Virus record (IMG/VR): IMGVR_UViG_3300045988_137103
DNA length: 64,000 bases
Source: a virus
Direction: 5' to 3' (one strand)
Part shown: one piece after another, positions 1 to 12,600 of the stretch
How positions within the stretch are numbered: the stretch's first letter is position 1
Layout: every line of letters starts with the position of its first letter
Position numbers and translations under genes: made by a program
The notes under the pieces: generated by a model
What the model saw: the letters and a program-made list of their open reading frames with translations, nothing else
The model's database searches: none
What the model was told of the DNA's origin: nothing

Positions 1-39
1 CTCTATCTAGCCAGCAGCATGATCCGTTCCCTGTATAGT

Positions 40-68
40 CACCGTTCCAGGCGATTCTATCGCCTGTC
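40..68 (+). repeat. Flank-conserved hairpin element, copy 1
   Basis: cACCGTTCC, then 7-bp stem CAGGCGA/TCGCCTG with loop TTCTA, then GTC. Same architecture as the copies at 34530, 42425 and 42562. Lies 34 nt upstream of the + strand ORF at 102. Confidence 0.6.
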
Positions 69-101
69 AATATAAGTTAATAATTAAAAGTAATAAGAAA
101 A

Positions 102-569
102 ATGAAACAAAGTTATTCTAACCTGCTGCGTAAGATGCTCATAGCCATCTACCAGCCTATCGTCACTCGTATCGAACTCTTCCGTGCCACACGCATGTGG
201 CAAAAAGGAGTCAAGGCAACCATTTCCAAGTATAAAGAATGTGGTGCGCCTCGTTTCTACATGCTCTACGACCAGTCGCATAAAGATTGGGCGATTATGA
301 CCTACGATCCTAACCGCAAGTGCATGCTTGCCTATCGAAAATTAGTCCAGATGGGCAAGTGGAAAGCTACTCGCTATTTCAAAAATGTAGAAGACATCAA
401 AGCCGCATCCTACTACTATACCCCTTCCAAGTGGGGAGCCATCGGCTGCGATGCAGACAACAAGGTGCGCACAACCAAACTAAAAAACTGGCAAGAGTAT
501 TACATGTACCGAGTTTCTACCCTTATGTTTAAGTTACGCTTATACAAGAAGAGACATGGTATTGATTAA
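102..569 (+). CDS. Hypothetical protein (155 aa)
   Basis: Open frame with balanced, protein-like composition. Convergent with the portal gene. No recognisable motif. Confidence 0.55.
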   Translation: MKQSYSNLLRKMLIAIYQPIVTRIELFRATRMWQKGVKATISKYKECGAPRFYMLYDQSHKDWAIMTYDPNRKCMLAYRKLVQMGKWKATRYFKNVEDIKAASYYYTPSKWGAIGCDADNKVRTTKLKNWQEYYMYRVSTLMFKLRLYKKRHGID

Positions 570-570
570 A

Positions 571-605
571 CAAAAAGAAGAGGAGACCATCACGGCTTCC
601 TCTTC
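571..605 (-). terminator. Hairpin terminator downstream of the portal transcript
   Basis: Stem GAAGAGGA(G)/(C)TCCTCTTC (577-585 / 597-605) with an 11-nt loop. On the minus strand it is followed by a TTTTT run (572-576). Sits between convergent genes. Confidence 0.5.
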
Positions 606-702
606 ACAATCTAACAACCTTAAAAACTAATAAACCTAAAAAAATAATTTAAGAACTGAACTACATTTCGTTCGATATTATGAATTAACTAAGAACTTTC
701 TT

Positions 703-2760
703 CTACATAGCTGCCGAAGGAAGAGCTGCCAAATCATTCGCACCATCACCGGAATCCTTTAGGTGCGTATCTGGTTCTGCTGACAGTTGTTGCTGGCCTC
801 CGTCTGTAGGTACCTGTCCATTGGCTGCTTGCTGTGCCTGAAGAGCCTCCAACTTTTCCAGTTGCTCCTTGAAGTATTTCCTCATTCTGCCTGTACCAGG
901 GAAATTAGCTACCGTAAGCATCGTATATGGGTCCATCTTGCCGCTCACCATCATCTGCCAAGCCATATCTTTATTTGTATCTCTGATGAGTGGGCTGTAT
1001 GCATCCAAGTCGATAGAAACATCTAGATCCATATCCCTCATGGTTTTCGAGTTGAAATGAATCTCAAATTCATCACCTGTCAGTTTTACGCTGTCTTCAT
1101 CGGTACAAAATTCCTGTATCAGGTAAAGTTTCTTCTTGGCCACGCGTACCTTGAAGTTGTTGAAACTCTCCACAAAGTCCTGTATGGTGGTAGATGATGA
1201 TTCTCTTTCCAACTGATATTGCTTACCGCTGGTGTTCCGGTGCTGGCCTTGTAGAGCACCCTGCACACCACTACCCTCGCTCGCCATCGTCTTGGCAAAG
1301 TTCACCATGAAGTCAACACCTGCCGGAATACTCTTGTTGACCAGTGTCTGCGGTGGCTTACCTCCATTCTTGGAGTTCCATAAGATAAAACCATCTGTCT
1401 TGGTATAGTTCACCTGCATTTCATCGATGCTCTGTTTTTCGCTCAATGCGTTCTCATCAACAAGCATCGTTCCCTTGGCACCATTCGCTACAATGAAGTT
1501 GATCATCATCATATAATGGTTCAAGGTGCGCTGGTTGTTTTCTGCTCGCATCGTGAAACTTCTTACCTCGCCATTCAAACATGGATAGGCATCGAAGGTG
1601 TATGGATGGATAGAGGTTCTGAATCCGTCCCTGAGCACATAGTATGGTGATTCCCTGGCATCCAGCAGATAGCCATTCGGTGTGATATATCTTCTGAACC
1701 AGTAGGTTTCAGCCTCATCCTTAATCTCGATGGTCTTAAGTTCAGAAGGGTCTACATAGTAGATAGGCTCACCATTCTCATCGAGCACAGGTAGGCCATT
1801 CTCATCTTTCATGATGTTGGATTCCTCTATCTTACGCTTCTTTTCCTCATAGAAGGCTCGTTGGTCGGGAGATGCATAGCCGCAATCTCCACTCTCCCAG
1901 TCATGTACCCAGATGGCAGGTCTGGTTTCTTTTGTCCAGATTTCCAATACCCGGTACTTGCCTACTACTGAAGAATGGGTGAAATCATCTATTCCGGCAT
2001 ACTGGGCTTCACCAGTCGGGTGATAAGTCTGTTCGGGCGCAAAATGGTGCTGCGTCTGTAGATAGATCTCACTGAGTTTATTAGCCTCTTCCTTGCTTCC
2101 ATTTGTAAAGGTAGCAATAATCTCACGCCAAGTCAAATCATGAGCCTCAGCAATAAATTCCACATCGCTCAGATCATACTTAAAGAAAGGTGGTATAGCT
2201 AGCTTAAAGATGTCTACAGAATAGTCAAAGATGCCATTTTTGCCATCCCTTCTGCCATAATAGGTTTTCATGCCCACAAAGGCGAATACACAGAAGGCAT
2301 AGAACATTCTCGCATCTAACTCTTGCCTTTCGTTCTGGTTGTCGTTCTGACGAAGATATTCATTGAAGAAACTGATATAGTCTTCCTCGTTTGGATCCAC
2401 GGCACTACATGTAGCAGTACTGCGCTGCTGGCGCACAAGACCAACGAGCGAAAGAAGTTTGTCTCCGATTACATCGTATTCCAGTATTGGCATACCTTTC
2501 AGTTCCATATACTGCCGGATGGTAATCTTTCTTCCGTTCCATTCTATCAGCTCTTCCAACTGTCTTCCCATCACGAAGTCTTGCGCTCGCTTCCACTTCT
2601 TTCTCAGTTCTGCACCATCATAGAAGTATTGGCAAGCCCATTGCAGCAACAGAAGATTGCTTTCGCTCTGCGTAAACCGCTCTCGGCTCACTCCTTCAAG
2701 TGAGTCTGGTCCCGGCTCTGCATAGTTCGATATGTCATTTATTACATGATTGTCAACCAT
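703..2760 (-). CDS. Portal protein (685 aa)
   Basis: Size, acidic/Gln-rich C-terminus and overall sequence character are typical of tailed-phage portals. Adjacent to the giant putative ejected protein. Assigned by eye only. Confidence 0.65.
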   Translation of the reverse strand: MVDNHVINDISNYAEPGPDSLEGVSRERFTQSESNLLLLQWACQYFYDGAELRKKWKRAQDFVMGRQLEELIEWNGRKITIRQYMELKGMPILEYDVIGDKLLSLVGLVRQQRSTATCSAVDPNEEDYISFFNEYLRQNDNQNERQELDARMFYAFCVFAFVGMKTYYGRRDGKNGIFDYSVDIFKLAIPPFFKYDLSDVEFIAEAHDLTWREIIATFTNGSKEEANKLSEIYLQTQHHFAPEQTYHPTGEAQYAGIDDFTHSSVVGKYRVLEIWTKETRPAIWVHDWESGDCGYASPDQRAFYEEKKRKIEESNIMKDENGLPVLDENGEPIYYVDPSELKTIEIKDEAETYWFRRYITPNGYLLDARESPYYVLRDGFRTSIHPYTFDAYPCLNGEVRSFTMRAENNQRTLNHYMMMINFIVANGAKGTMLVDENALSEKQSIDEMQVNYTKTDGFILWNSKNGGKPPQTLVNKSIPAGVDFMVNFAKTMASEGSGVQGALQGQHRNTSGKQYQLERESSSTTIQDFVESFNNFKVRVAKKKLYLIQEFCTDEDSVKLTGDEFEIHFNSKTMRDMDLDVSIDLDAYSPLIRDTNKDMAWQMMVSGKMDPYTMLTVANFPGTGRMRKYFKEQLEKLEALQAQQAANGQVPTDGGQQQLSAEPDTHLKDSGDGANDLAALPSAAM

Positions 2761-2806
2761 AATTCTTAATTTTTCGCCAAAAATACTCTTTTTTTTGCCA
2801 ACCTTT

Positions 2807-2830
2807 GTGATAATCTGCGCAAATTATCAC
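2807..2830. promoter_or_regulatory. Operator-like palindrome GTGATAAT-CTGCGCAA-ATTATCAC in a divergent promoter region
   Basis: Perfect 8-bp inverted arms flank a TGCGCAA core. Member of the TGATAA-NN-TGCGCAA motif family. A TAttTTTG -7 box points toward the portal (complement of 2778-2785) and another lies on the + strand about 35 nt downstream, toward ORF 2907. Confidence 0.5.
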
Positions 2831-2906
2831 TCTTTATGCTCCCTTTTATTGTATTTTTGTTCCGCAATTCATTAAAACATGTTGAATTTCTAATATATTA
2901 GATATT

Positions 2907-3383
2907 ATGGGTAAATCTATCAATGTACATGAAGCCTGCGTCATTACAAAAGATGATAAAGGCAACCTCTCCATGGTAGGCAAGGCAAAAGAAGCCCTTA
3001 CCACCTTGAAGAAGAATAAGGTTTCTGTCTGCATTCTTCTCTGTGACAACAAAAAAGATGATGTAGAAAAGTTCCTTAACGATAATAATGTACCTTTCGC
3101 CTCTCTCAGTACCAAGGAGGAGACCGATAAGGATGGCAACACCAAGCATGTTGATCCACCAAAGGCAGATGTAACCATCATGCCAAGTTCCAAGGTCATC
3201 ACTCTTCGAGACGATTGGCAATGGTGCTTGGATGATATTGCCCAACGTCTCTGGGGCGAGAAAAAGAAGGAGAATCCAAAGAGTGAACAACAGCGCATGG
3301 ATGACAGCATGGCTGATTACATACGCTGGGCAACACCAAAGAAAAAGGAACCAGAGAATGCATCTGGTCCTTCTCTCGGATAA
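2907..3383 (+). CDS. Hypothetical protein (158 aa)
   Basis: Protein-like composition. The two overlapping minus-strand ORFs (2846-3310, 2898-3413) are Leu/Phe/Ser/Cys-rich shadow frames. Confidence 0.6.
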   Translation: MGKSINVHEACVITKDDKGNLSMVGKAKEALTTLKKNKVSVCILLCDNKKDDVEKFLNDNNVPFASLSTKEETDKDGNTKHVDPPKADVTIMPSSKVITLRDDWQWCLDDIAQRLWGEKKKENPKSEQQRMDDSMADYIRWATPKKKEPENASGPSLG

Positions 3384-3475
3384 CATCGCTCCAACATCTT
3401 CAACTTTAAACACACAAATGATTCATTAATCATAACTATTTTAAATTTATTTGGAATTAGATTTTTTATAACTAT

Positions 3476-3511
3476 CAAAAAGGGACTCGCTGTGAAGCAA
3501 GTCCCTTTTTC
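3476..3511. terminator. Bidirectional intrinsic terminator
   Basis: CAAAA-AGGGACT-(12 nt loop)-AGTCCCT-TTTTT. The stem is flanked by an A-run and a T-run. Sits between convergent ORF 2907-3383 (+) and the giant ORF (-). Confidence 0.6.
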
Positions 3512-3601
3512 TGTTTGTAGAAATATCGAACATAAAATTGAATTGGCCAAAGCCTATTTTCGGAAATATAGAACATTTCCTAGAATGAAGTAGCCCGAAG
3601 G

Positions 3602-6600
3602 CTACTCCATTCCGTTCAACGTTTTTAGCAGCTCCTTTCTGGTATTCCGAATCTCTACCAGTTTGGCAGCATCGTTCGTACCATCCATTTGCTTCTTAGC
3701 CTTATTCATCTTCCTTCTTGCAGCAGAGATAGCCTTTCTAGCCGCAAACAGTCGCTTGTTGGTCTTGCTGTTCTTAAAGGCATTTGCCTTCGCCTTATCA
3801 ACATCCTTCAAACGCTGATACTCCTGATAAGTCTCCATGGTTCCGTTCCAGACGTTCTGTATTCTCCAGTCCTCCGTCACGTCCTCTGCCTTAGCCTTTA
3901 TCAGGTACTTGCTTTCAGCCTTCTCCATTTCCTTCAAGTCTTCATCACCGTTCAGATAACCCTGCACCATGTCCAGAGCCTCCTTCTGGGTGAAAGCCTT
4001 GTAATCACTCTGCGAGAGGAATTTCTTCATCTTCTGGCGCATCTTCTTCTTTTCCGTGATACTCTTGGCAGTATCAAAGCGTTTACTAGCCTCCTGTAAG
4101 GAAGTCACTCCATCGCTCATTTCTGCACTCTCCAGTGCCTTCACCGAACCGATGGCAGCCTTAATCTGAGCCTCAGGATCAATACCATTGCGCTGGCAGC
4201 TCTGATAGGTCATCACCACGCCCTCCATGTCACCGCTCAGGATAAAGTCCTTGAAGTAACTCTGAGCCTTCCATGGAGAGAAGCCCTTAGAAGAAGGGAA
4301 GAAGAAATCAACGGCCTTGAACTCCTTATTCTCCTGACTCGGAATCAGGAAAGGTGCCCAGTACAAAGCATCCTTATAAAGCAGTCCGATGGTCTTACCA
4401 TACTTGCGCTGAATCTCTTGATCCGCATGGCTGGCTTGGAAATCGCTCAGATAGTTTATATCATCCAAGGTCATTCTCACCATAGGGTTAGCCTTACCTA
4501 TCATTCGCTGTACCATAGGTCCAGGGAACTCTAGTTCTCCCTTATGATTGAAAAGGTATTCCGGAACCTCACGGAATTGCTTACCATGTCTCACATACAT
4601 TTCTGTACCATCTTCATATCTGCCTAAGAAGATCTTGCTCTGCTGGCCAAGGCTGTTGCCTCTCATCAGATAGTCATACCATTTTATACCCTCATCACCA
4701 TAAGCCAGTTCATACATACTCTTATAGCTTGGGTTGGTCTTCCGGATCTCCTCTGCCTTCTTGCGCTCCTTCTCCTCGTCCAGGGCACGGAAAGCAGCAT
4801 TGATGCCATTGGCAATACCCTCATAAAATACCATGAATCCGATACCATAACAGAGCAAAGCCGAAATCTGCCTGCTTCTTCTGCCTTCATCCTCCGGTGC
4901 AAGTTCCTTATGTTTGAGCCTCTTGTAATACTGTTTGAAGTTCTCAAAGGTTGCCTCATTCCAGATAGAACCAAATCCGGTTAATGCCAGAAAATGACGT
5001 GTAGTAGAAGCATTCCAGTCTGAAGAAAGAAGAACTCGTCCGGCATAGCGCAAGGTACGATGGCTGGCTCCCAACACATCCCAGTGCTGACCGCCAAACA
5101 TATCGTTTACAAACTGTCCGTCCTCGTCCAAAGCCCGGCTCAGTTCCTCCTCAGTCCAACCCTTCTTCTTGGCACGCTCTTTGGTCTTGTCTGCCCTCAT
5201 ACGATAGGTAGCAAGTTTCAGTCCATCATGTAGGAAATCCCACAAAGCAACATCCATACCCTTATTGATGAGAGAAAGCATCTGCGTTGCCACCTTCAAT
5301 GGCATAGAAGCCTTAGCCACCGTTCCGGAAATTTTATTTCCGTCCTTCAACTTCTTCTGCACCTTTATCATCGCATCGCGCATGTTGTCAAACATGTTCT
5401 GTACATCCGCTGCAGCATAGTCGTTGGTCGCTCCGAACTTCACCAGATGGCTAGCAGCCTCTTGGAAATCCTCAGGATTGGCGAAGCAAGGAAGTTCATG
5501 GTTCTTGGCTGTATCTGCAAAGATATACTTCATAAAGTTGGCCATAGCCTTCTTAGGTCCAAACTCCACCATATTCTGTACCATATAAACCTCCGTCAAG
5601 GCTCCGGCATGGAAACCGCTAAAGCCCAATTCCAGTTTCTTGGCACTAGAAGCAAGCGTATCAAACGTTTTCCAAAATGGGGAAGACTGATAGGTATCAA
5701 ACACAACTCCAAATCTGTCACCGGCACTGGCCTCGCTATAGAGCACCTTTTCGTTGTCAGTGATAGGATTCTTCACCTTCACTTGCTTTGGAGATACATT
5801 ATATACCCATACAGGGCCTACGCCCGGAATCTCAAAGTACTTATATTGCTCCAAATTGAATGGAGCAGAAGAAGAAAGTAGTGGATCAGTTGAAATCACC
5901 TCTCCTTTTTCATTCCTCTCAATTACGTTCAGTCCGGTCAACTCCTGTAACATGGTCTTGTTCGCCCATGCCTCAATATTACTTCTGCTGTAATATGCCA
6001 TCATCTTCGTAATGTCAGTAGTTTTTGGCACAAGTCCGGCATAAACACCTTCCATCAAAGTGCTGATGGTTCGCTTCTTCTCATTAGGGCTCTTCGTGCG
6101 CTGCCTATTCTCCACAAAGGTAGCATACGCCTCAGGATCAGATTTCTCTTTATCCCAAATATGATTTACGTAGTCAACATTATAACCAGTGCCAGCTTTC
6201 AAAGTATGATTATCCATCAACCAGTCGTAGGTATAGTTATACCAGTCACGGATGGAATCAATGGCAGCCTGCATTTCAGGAGAAAGTTCCTTATAATTGA
6301 TACGTCCAGGCACTACCCTCTCTTTTACGAGTTTCAAAACATGCTTACTGAGGATGTCTGTTCCATCACATGGTACAAAACCTTCCTCGCCCTGGTGATT
6401 GGCATTAATTGCCTGAGCCATTTTGCTTGCCACCTCGCTCACAGCCTTAGGATCATCGTATACCTCTATCTCCTTGCCTTTTTTAATCTCTGTATGCTTC
6501 TTTGCTGTCTCGGTAATCAAGTCTGTCACGTATGGCTGGATAGCCTCAACATCAGCTGGCTGAATATGGATATGTCCCTTATCAAAGACACCAGTGGCAT

Positions 6601-9600
6601 TTAAGTTCTGAGCCATGTCACGCAAACGTCTAGGAGCCTCTATTATATAAGGTATAGTCTCGGCAAGTTTTTCTGCCCTGTTTTTCTTTCCCTTGTAATC
6701 AGAAAGCAACTTGTCAAAAACACCGCTATCAGCCATCTTCTCGATTCTGTTCTTCACATCATTGATATAGATGGCATCATCAGCACTAGCCTCTTCCATG
6801 TTCTTTCTACGATGGATAACGGCATGCTTAACGGTCTTTGCTGCACCTTCCTTGCTCACGTCAGTACTGGTCACTTCTGCCAAATCCTGCATCACTTGCT
6901 GCTCCAGTGCATCAGCCTTCGGATTGGTCTCTGCTGGGTAAATCTTACCCTCATACAAGTCCAGATCGGCTTGTTGCTGCTCCAGCAAATCATGTTTGGC
7001 CAGCCAGTCCTCATACTTGCGTTTCACCTCCTCCTGCTTCTTCTTTTCGAAGGCAAACATATCTGGCAAAGGGTCTTCCTGGTCCTTCATGGCTGACTGC
7101 CATTTCTCATATTCATGAATACGATTCATGTAGGCAGCATCCTCTTCACCTTCCATTCGGATAGGCATACCAGTAGGTTCCTCGCCAACAAGGTGGTGGC
7201 GTTCACGCCAGTCTTTATTGAGTTTTGCCCATTCCTTCTTGCCTACTTCATCCTTATCAATGTCGTAGAACATAGGAGGCTCTGGGTTCTCTTTATCCTC
7301 GCGCGCATTCTGCCACTTGCGCCATTCCTGTACACGTTTCATGTACTGAATAGTGCTTTCGCCCTTCTTCTGGCGTGGTTTACCCTTACCTGCACCATCA
7401 CCCAGCGCATCCTTGATTTCAGCATTGCTAGCCTGCTTCATCATGGCTTCCTGCTTCTCCTGAGGCATTTCGTCCCAAACGTGCAGAGCCTTGCCAGCCT
7501 TCATTAGGTAGTATCTCAAATCCTTGTCATTGAGAAGTCCCGGCACACGAACACCCAGCTTCTTAAGCACCTTGATAAGATAATGCTTAATCTTGGTCCA
7601 AAGAGAAAAGTCCTCAGCAGTCTTAGGACCCTCCTCGGCCAAATGAGCGATATACTCCTGCGTTCCCACATTCATGCGGTCAGGGTTCTTCCAGTCCGGA
7701 TCATATTTGTTGGCAAAGTCAATAATCTTGCCTCGAACATCCTTACCTACGGAACGATAAACGAAGTTGGCGAACTTTCTCACGCCATCTTCGCCACCAA
7801 GAAGTACTTCCATACCCTCATGGCCTATCTTTTCATGCAGCACCGTTCTCTCAGCCTCGTTGGCATCAGCACAGTTAGGCAGATAAACATGCACCGTGTG
7901 TGTAGTAGGGTCATACCATCCGGTAGCCCCATTCTTCACATCACTCAGATAAGCATCAGGAACCTCATCCACAGAAGTGTAAACTGTAGCCTCAGCACCA
8001 CCCAGTTTGTTGGCAGTGTTCACTACCCGGTCGCTCACTTGTTTCTGCTTGTCTGCATCCCAGTTGTTCTTGAAGATAGAGCTGCCAAGTCGTGCCAATA
8101 CATTTCTGCCCGACAAGTCATCCTTATTCAGCAGAGGAGCAATCACGCCCTGAGTCAACTGCACCGGAATACCATTACCAATGATGGTATGTGCCAAAGA
8201 TTCCGTCTTAGGCAATTTATAGTCATCGCCCAGTCCGGTAATCCTAGCCAATACCCTGCCATCTGCACGCAATACCTTTCCACCCGGCATGATGATCACA
8301 TCACCACTCTTGGTTCTCAGCGTAGGCAGAATTTCATCCCCATAGGCATGAGGAATCTTGCCATCGGCATAAGCACTACCCATTACATAAAGAGGCTTCT
8401 CCACCTTCTGCCAGTCGATACCATCAACCTTCAGTCTGGCATCCATCCATGGAGCCACACCGCTTTCTTTCACCGTCAGAGTAGGAAGAATATCCTCCAC
8501 AGCCTCTAGCCATCCACCCTTGCGTGGTTGCTTCTTAGGCTTTTCAGGCAGTTCTCCATCCTTCACGGCTCTGACAATTAGTCGCTCCCTGCTGGTATAG
8601 CCTCCAAAATCTGCGGCATTATACACGTCTACATCCCATTTGTAGCCGTTCTTATCCAGCGCCTGGGTGATAATCTTCATCGCCTCAGAGTCCTTGTAAC
8701 CCTTCACGTTCTCGATAGTCACCACTCGCGGTTTCACGGCATCAATGAAGTCGGCAGTGCTCTTGGCAGTCTCCTTGTCAAGCTCCACCTCTCCACTATT
8801 ACTCTTTGCCTGCGAGTAGTTCTTGCATACAGGAGAAGCGTGAAAATACTCTACCTCACCATCAATCTGCTTCACCAGTTCCTTAGGATCCACATCCCTC
8901 ACATCAGCCGTAACAATATGCTGCCCGAAGTTATTGCGATATACACCGCTTATCTTCCGGTCATACTCTACAGCCACCACTGGGTCGATAATGCCCTTCA
9001 ATCCCTCTTCAACCAGTCCACCACCGCTAAAGTAGGTACCTGCCTTCATCAGAGAATCAGGATGCTTCTTCAACTTCTGCTCCAAGATAGGAGATTGCGC
9101 ATTTTTACCGTACACCTTGGAATAATGCACACCATCATTCTCACCTCCTACGATTCTGCCTCTGTTATCGGTCTCCACAAACGGCACACCTCGCTTCTCC
9201 AACTCTTTTCTGAGACTTGGAGTAACCACATTCGAAGGCATAGTGATATTCTTGCCCTTGAACATATCATTGACGATAACATCAGCCACCTCGCTGTCAG
9301 GCACGATACGCACAGGCTTATCCCAACGAGAAAGCACCACTTTGCGCTTGCCTGTCAACTGTCCTTGGATGATACCAGCCTTCCACTCTACTTCGCCCAC
9401 GGCATCCTTGGCTTTATCAGCCTTGTAGCCACTGGTCAGCTCGCTCTTTGGCACCTCAACCTCTACGGTCACGATATTAGGGCGATTCTGAGCCTCGCTA
9501 AACTGGTCGTTCAGTGGAGTGCGAGAAGTATGAAGGTAAGGATTGTAAGCAGCCTTAAGCGATTTACCATTACCCTTGTTTAGGGTAAACATACCCTTAT

Positions 9601-12600
9601 CATCAGCAAGTTCTGGTCGCTCATCTGCCTGTTCCCACTTACCGAGTTCGATAGGTTCCACAAACTTGCCCTTCACCTTTGCAGCCATCGGTGGATAGAG
9701 TTTTCCATCTTCGCCTACCTGCATGGCACGATAAACCTTCACCGTGTCTTCTTTATCCAGCTTCTTGATGGTCTCAGGGTCTTTCACGATGCTATAGCTA
9801 GCATCATTCCCATTCATCACAATCTGCTCGTCACGGTTCACGTCCTCAGTTTCAGATGCCAAGGAGTTTCTGCGCTCCTCGTCCGTCATACCCAAACGCT
9901 TCTCCACATTTCGAGATTCAACTTCACCAGCCAACTTTCTATATTCTTGGTAAGAATCAAAGTCTGTACGCTGGAACCTATCCAAACGGAAACGCTTAAT
10001 GGCATCATCCATACTTCTGTCTGCATAGCCACGTGCGAAGTAGTTGAATCCCTTAATTCGGGTTTCCTTGTCAGGAATGAACTCAGGCATATCCATGTCC
10101 TTATATTCCTGAATAAGGGCTTTCTCTACAGCAGATTGGTTATACTCACCACCCATTTCCTTGGCTTTCTCTTCCAATTCAAAGGCATAGGAACGTGCCT
10201 TCCATTCAACCTTAGCAGCATTGAAATCCCTCTCCACCTGCTCGGGTGTGCCACCATGCGCAAACCCCTCTTCACGCTGAATTACGTGCTGAATTTCATG
10301 ATTCAGAATGCTATTCAGATACTTTAATTCATCCGCATGAATGGTAATAGTCTTTGTTTGTGGATTGTATTCCCCATTTGAAGGCATGTCATTCATTACT
10401 GCATCAGTATGGATTTTAATATTTTTCAACTGAGGATAAGCCTCAAAAAGCTTTGGTGCATCCACAGCATCTTCCAACTTACCATCAGTCCATAGCATAT
10501 CCTCTTCGAAACGTTTAACGATGTTTCCACCACCTACATCGATGGTGTCCTTTATCTTGGCATCAGGCATTTCGTATCTCCACTTGCCATCCACGCCTTT
10601 CTCCCAACCTGTAGCCATCTTGATAACCTTGGCATCCTTCTTTGCCTCTTCCATCTGCTTAGCAACATCCAGATTATCCATGCGGATAGTTCGCTCATCA
10701 GCCTTATCAGCCTCAGCAGCTCCCTTTTCTCCAGCAAACATGAAGCGAATATCGCTCTTGCGAGAATTGAAACGCTTAGAAGGAGGAATAACGTCACCCT
10801 CATCATCATAGGTAACAAGGTCGTTCAACTTTCTATTATTCTTGGCATTCTTGTATTTATACTCCTTGCCATCATCAAAGCCAAACTCGTTTGCGTCATT
10901 ACCATCCCACCACAGTTGAGTAGCCGGAACTTCGTCTTCAATGATACGATATTTGCCTTCCAGTCGGTTCGTTCCGTGCATTTCGGCATATTTCTTAGAA
11001 GGAGTAACCCAGTCACCATTACGCAACTTTCCTTCCTTCACAGAAGTAGGAACAGCACGATAAACCTTTACCTTAACATCCTTCTCGCCATTCTTAATGG
11101 CATCAATAGCCGTATTGATGGCTTTCACAGATTCCAATCCATGAGGAGTGTTCTGCGAATAACGCTCAGGGTGAGAGAAGTAATCATCAGGCTGAGGAGT
11201 GTACCCCAAAGCCATATCCTCCAGGTTTACATCTGAGCCACTGGATTCCCAATCGTCACGTCTCGCCTTGTCGCTTTCATATCCAGGGTTTCTCGGTGCA
11301 GCCCATGCACCTACGCCCTGATATGCGCTTTCGGTATCGTCATATCCCTTGCGTCTGGCAGCCTCATCAAGCATTTCCCTGGCTGTAGCATCATCACCCT
11401 TAGAAAGAGCATCCATATACTGCTTGTCAAGTTTATCATCAGGAATCAAAGAAAGTTCCTCCAAGTGCTTTTTGCGTTTGGCTTCCTCTTCCTCTGCTCT
11501 CTTTCTAGCAGCTTCCATAGCATTACGCTCTGCTTCAACCTGCTTTATTCGTTCCTCTATCATTGCATCAAGGTCACCAAAATTCTCCTTCAAGGCTTCA
11601 TTTATAGGTTTGGTGTACTTAACAACATCCTTAAATGAGAAAATGTTACCTTCATTTACCTGCATCAAGTGACGCTTAATATTGGCTCTGGCACGTGCAG
11701 CCTCAGCAGTAGAACCCTTCTTAACAGCATTGGCATACATTGCCACATCTGCCTCATCTACCCCAAATTGCTGAGATACAGCCTTAATTTTATCCTCCAC
11801 AGATAAATTTCCACCATTTTCCTTGGTGATTTCAAAGGAATTGCGTATCTTTGCATCGCTATGAGGATTCAGGACGCTATCCTTTCCGCTTGGGTTATTT
11901 GCGGATGGAGTTAATGCCGAACCTTGATTCTCGCCCAAGGAATTAGAATCGCCTCTGAAACGATTCCATAGCATTTTTGATTCCGTTAATTCTTTCAACA
12001 ATTTTGAAGGCTCTATTTGATGGGCACTGATTGAAACTTCATCCTCGCCTTGCTTTACGGTGATTGATTCAAAATTCAGAATCTTTGTTCCGTCTACTTT
12101 CTTGAAAGACTTTACAAACAGATACTTGGTCTGTCTTTCTGCACCTTCTTTAGGAGCAGGCTTCTCTAAGATAACATCTGGACGCTCCAAGGTAGGTTTC
12201 AATAGACCAAATCGTTTGATTCTGTCTTCTCTACCAGCCTTTTTATATTGGTTTTCACCTAACTTGATGCTACCTATTGGTGTATTGACACGACCATCCT
12301 TGCCGAAATCCTGTAACCAGTTATCCTCTGTATGTTCGAGGATTCTTTCAGGCTCGGCATTATCAGCCATCTGCTGGCGTAAAGACACAGCTTCGTCCTT
12401 GGTCATTTGACCTTTCAGCACGTTACGTGGGTCCACACCATTAGCCAAGTCTCTCAGCACAAGGTTACGAATATCCTCCAAGGTCATTTTCTTGATGTCC
12501 TCAGGCTTCCACTTGGTGAAGGTCTCCAAAGTCCAATACCAGAACTTCTTCAACCACTCCTTCAACTTATTGATAACACTCAGTTCCTTAGCTGTATCAA

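Noticed and set aside
2846-3413. Two minus-strand ORFs (154 and 171 aa) overlapping ORF 2907-3383
   Set aside because: Both are Leu/Phe/Ser/Cys-rich. The + strand product has normal composition and is bracketed by a promoter-like region and a bidirectional terminator.
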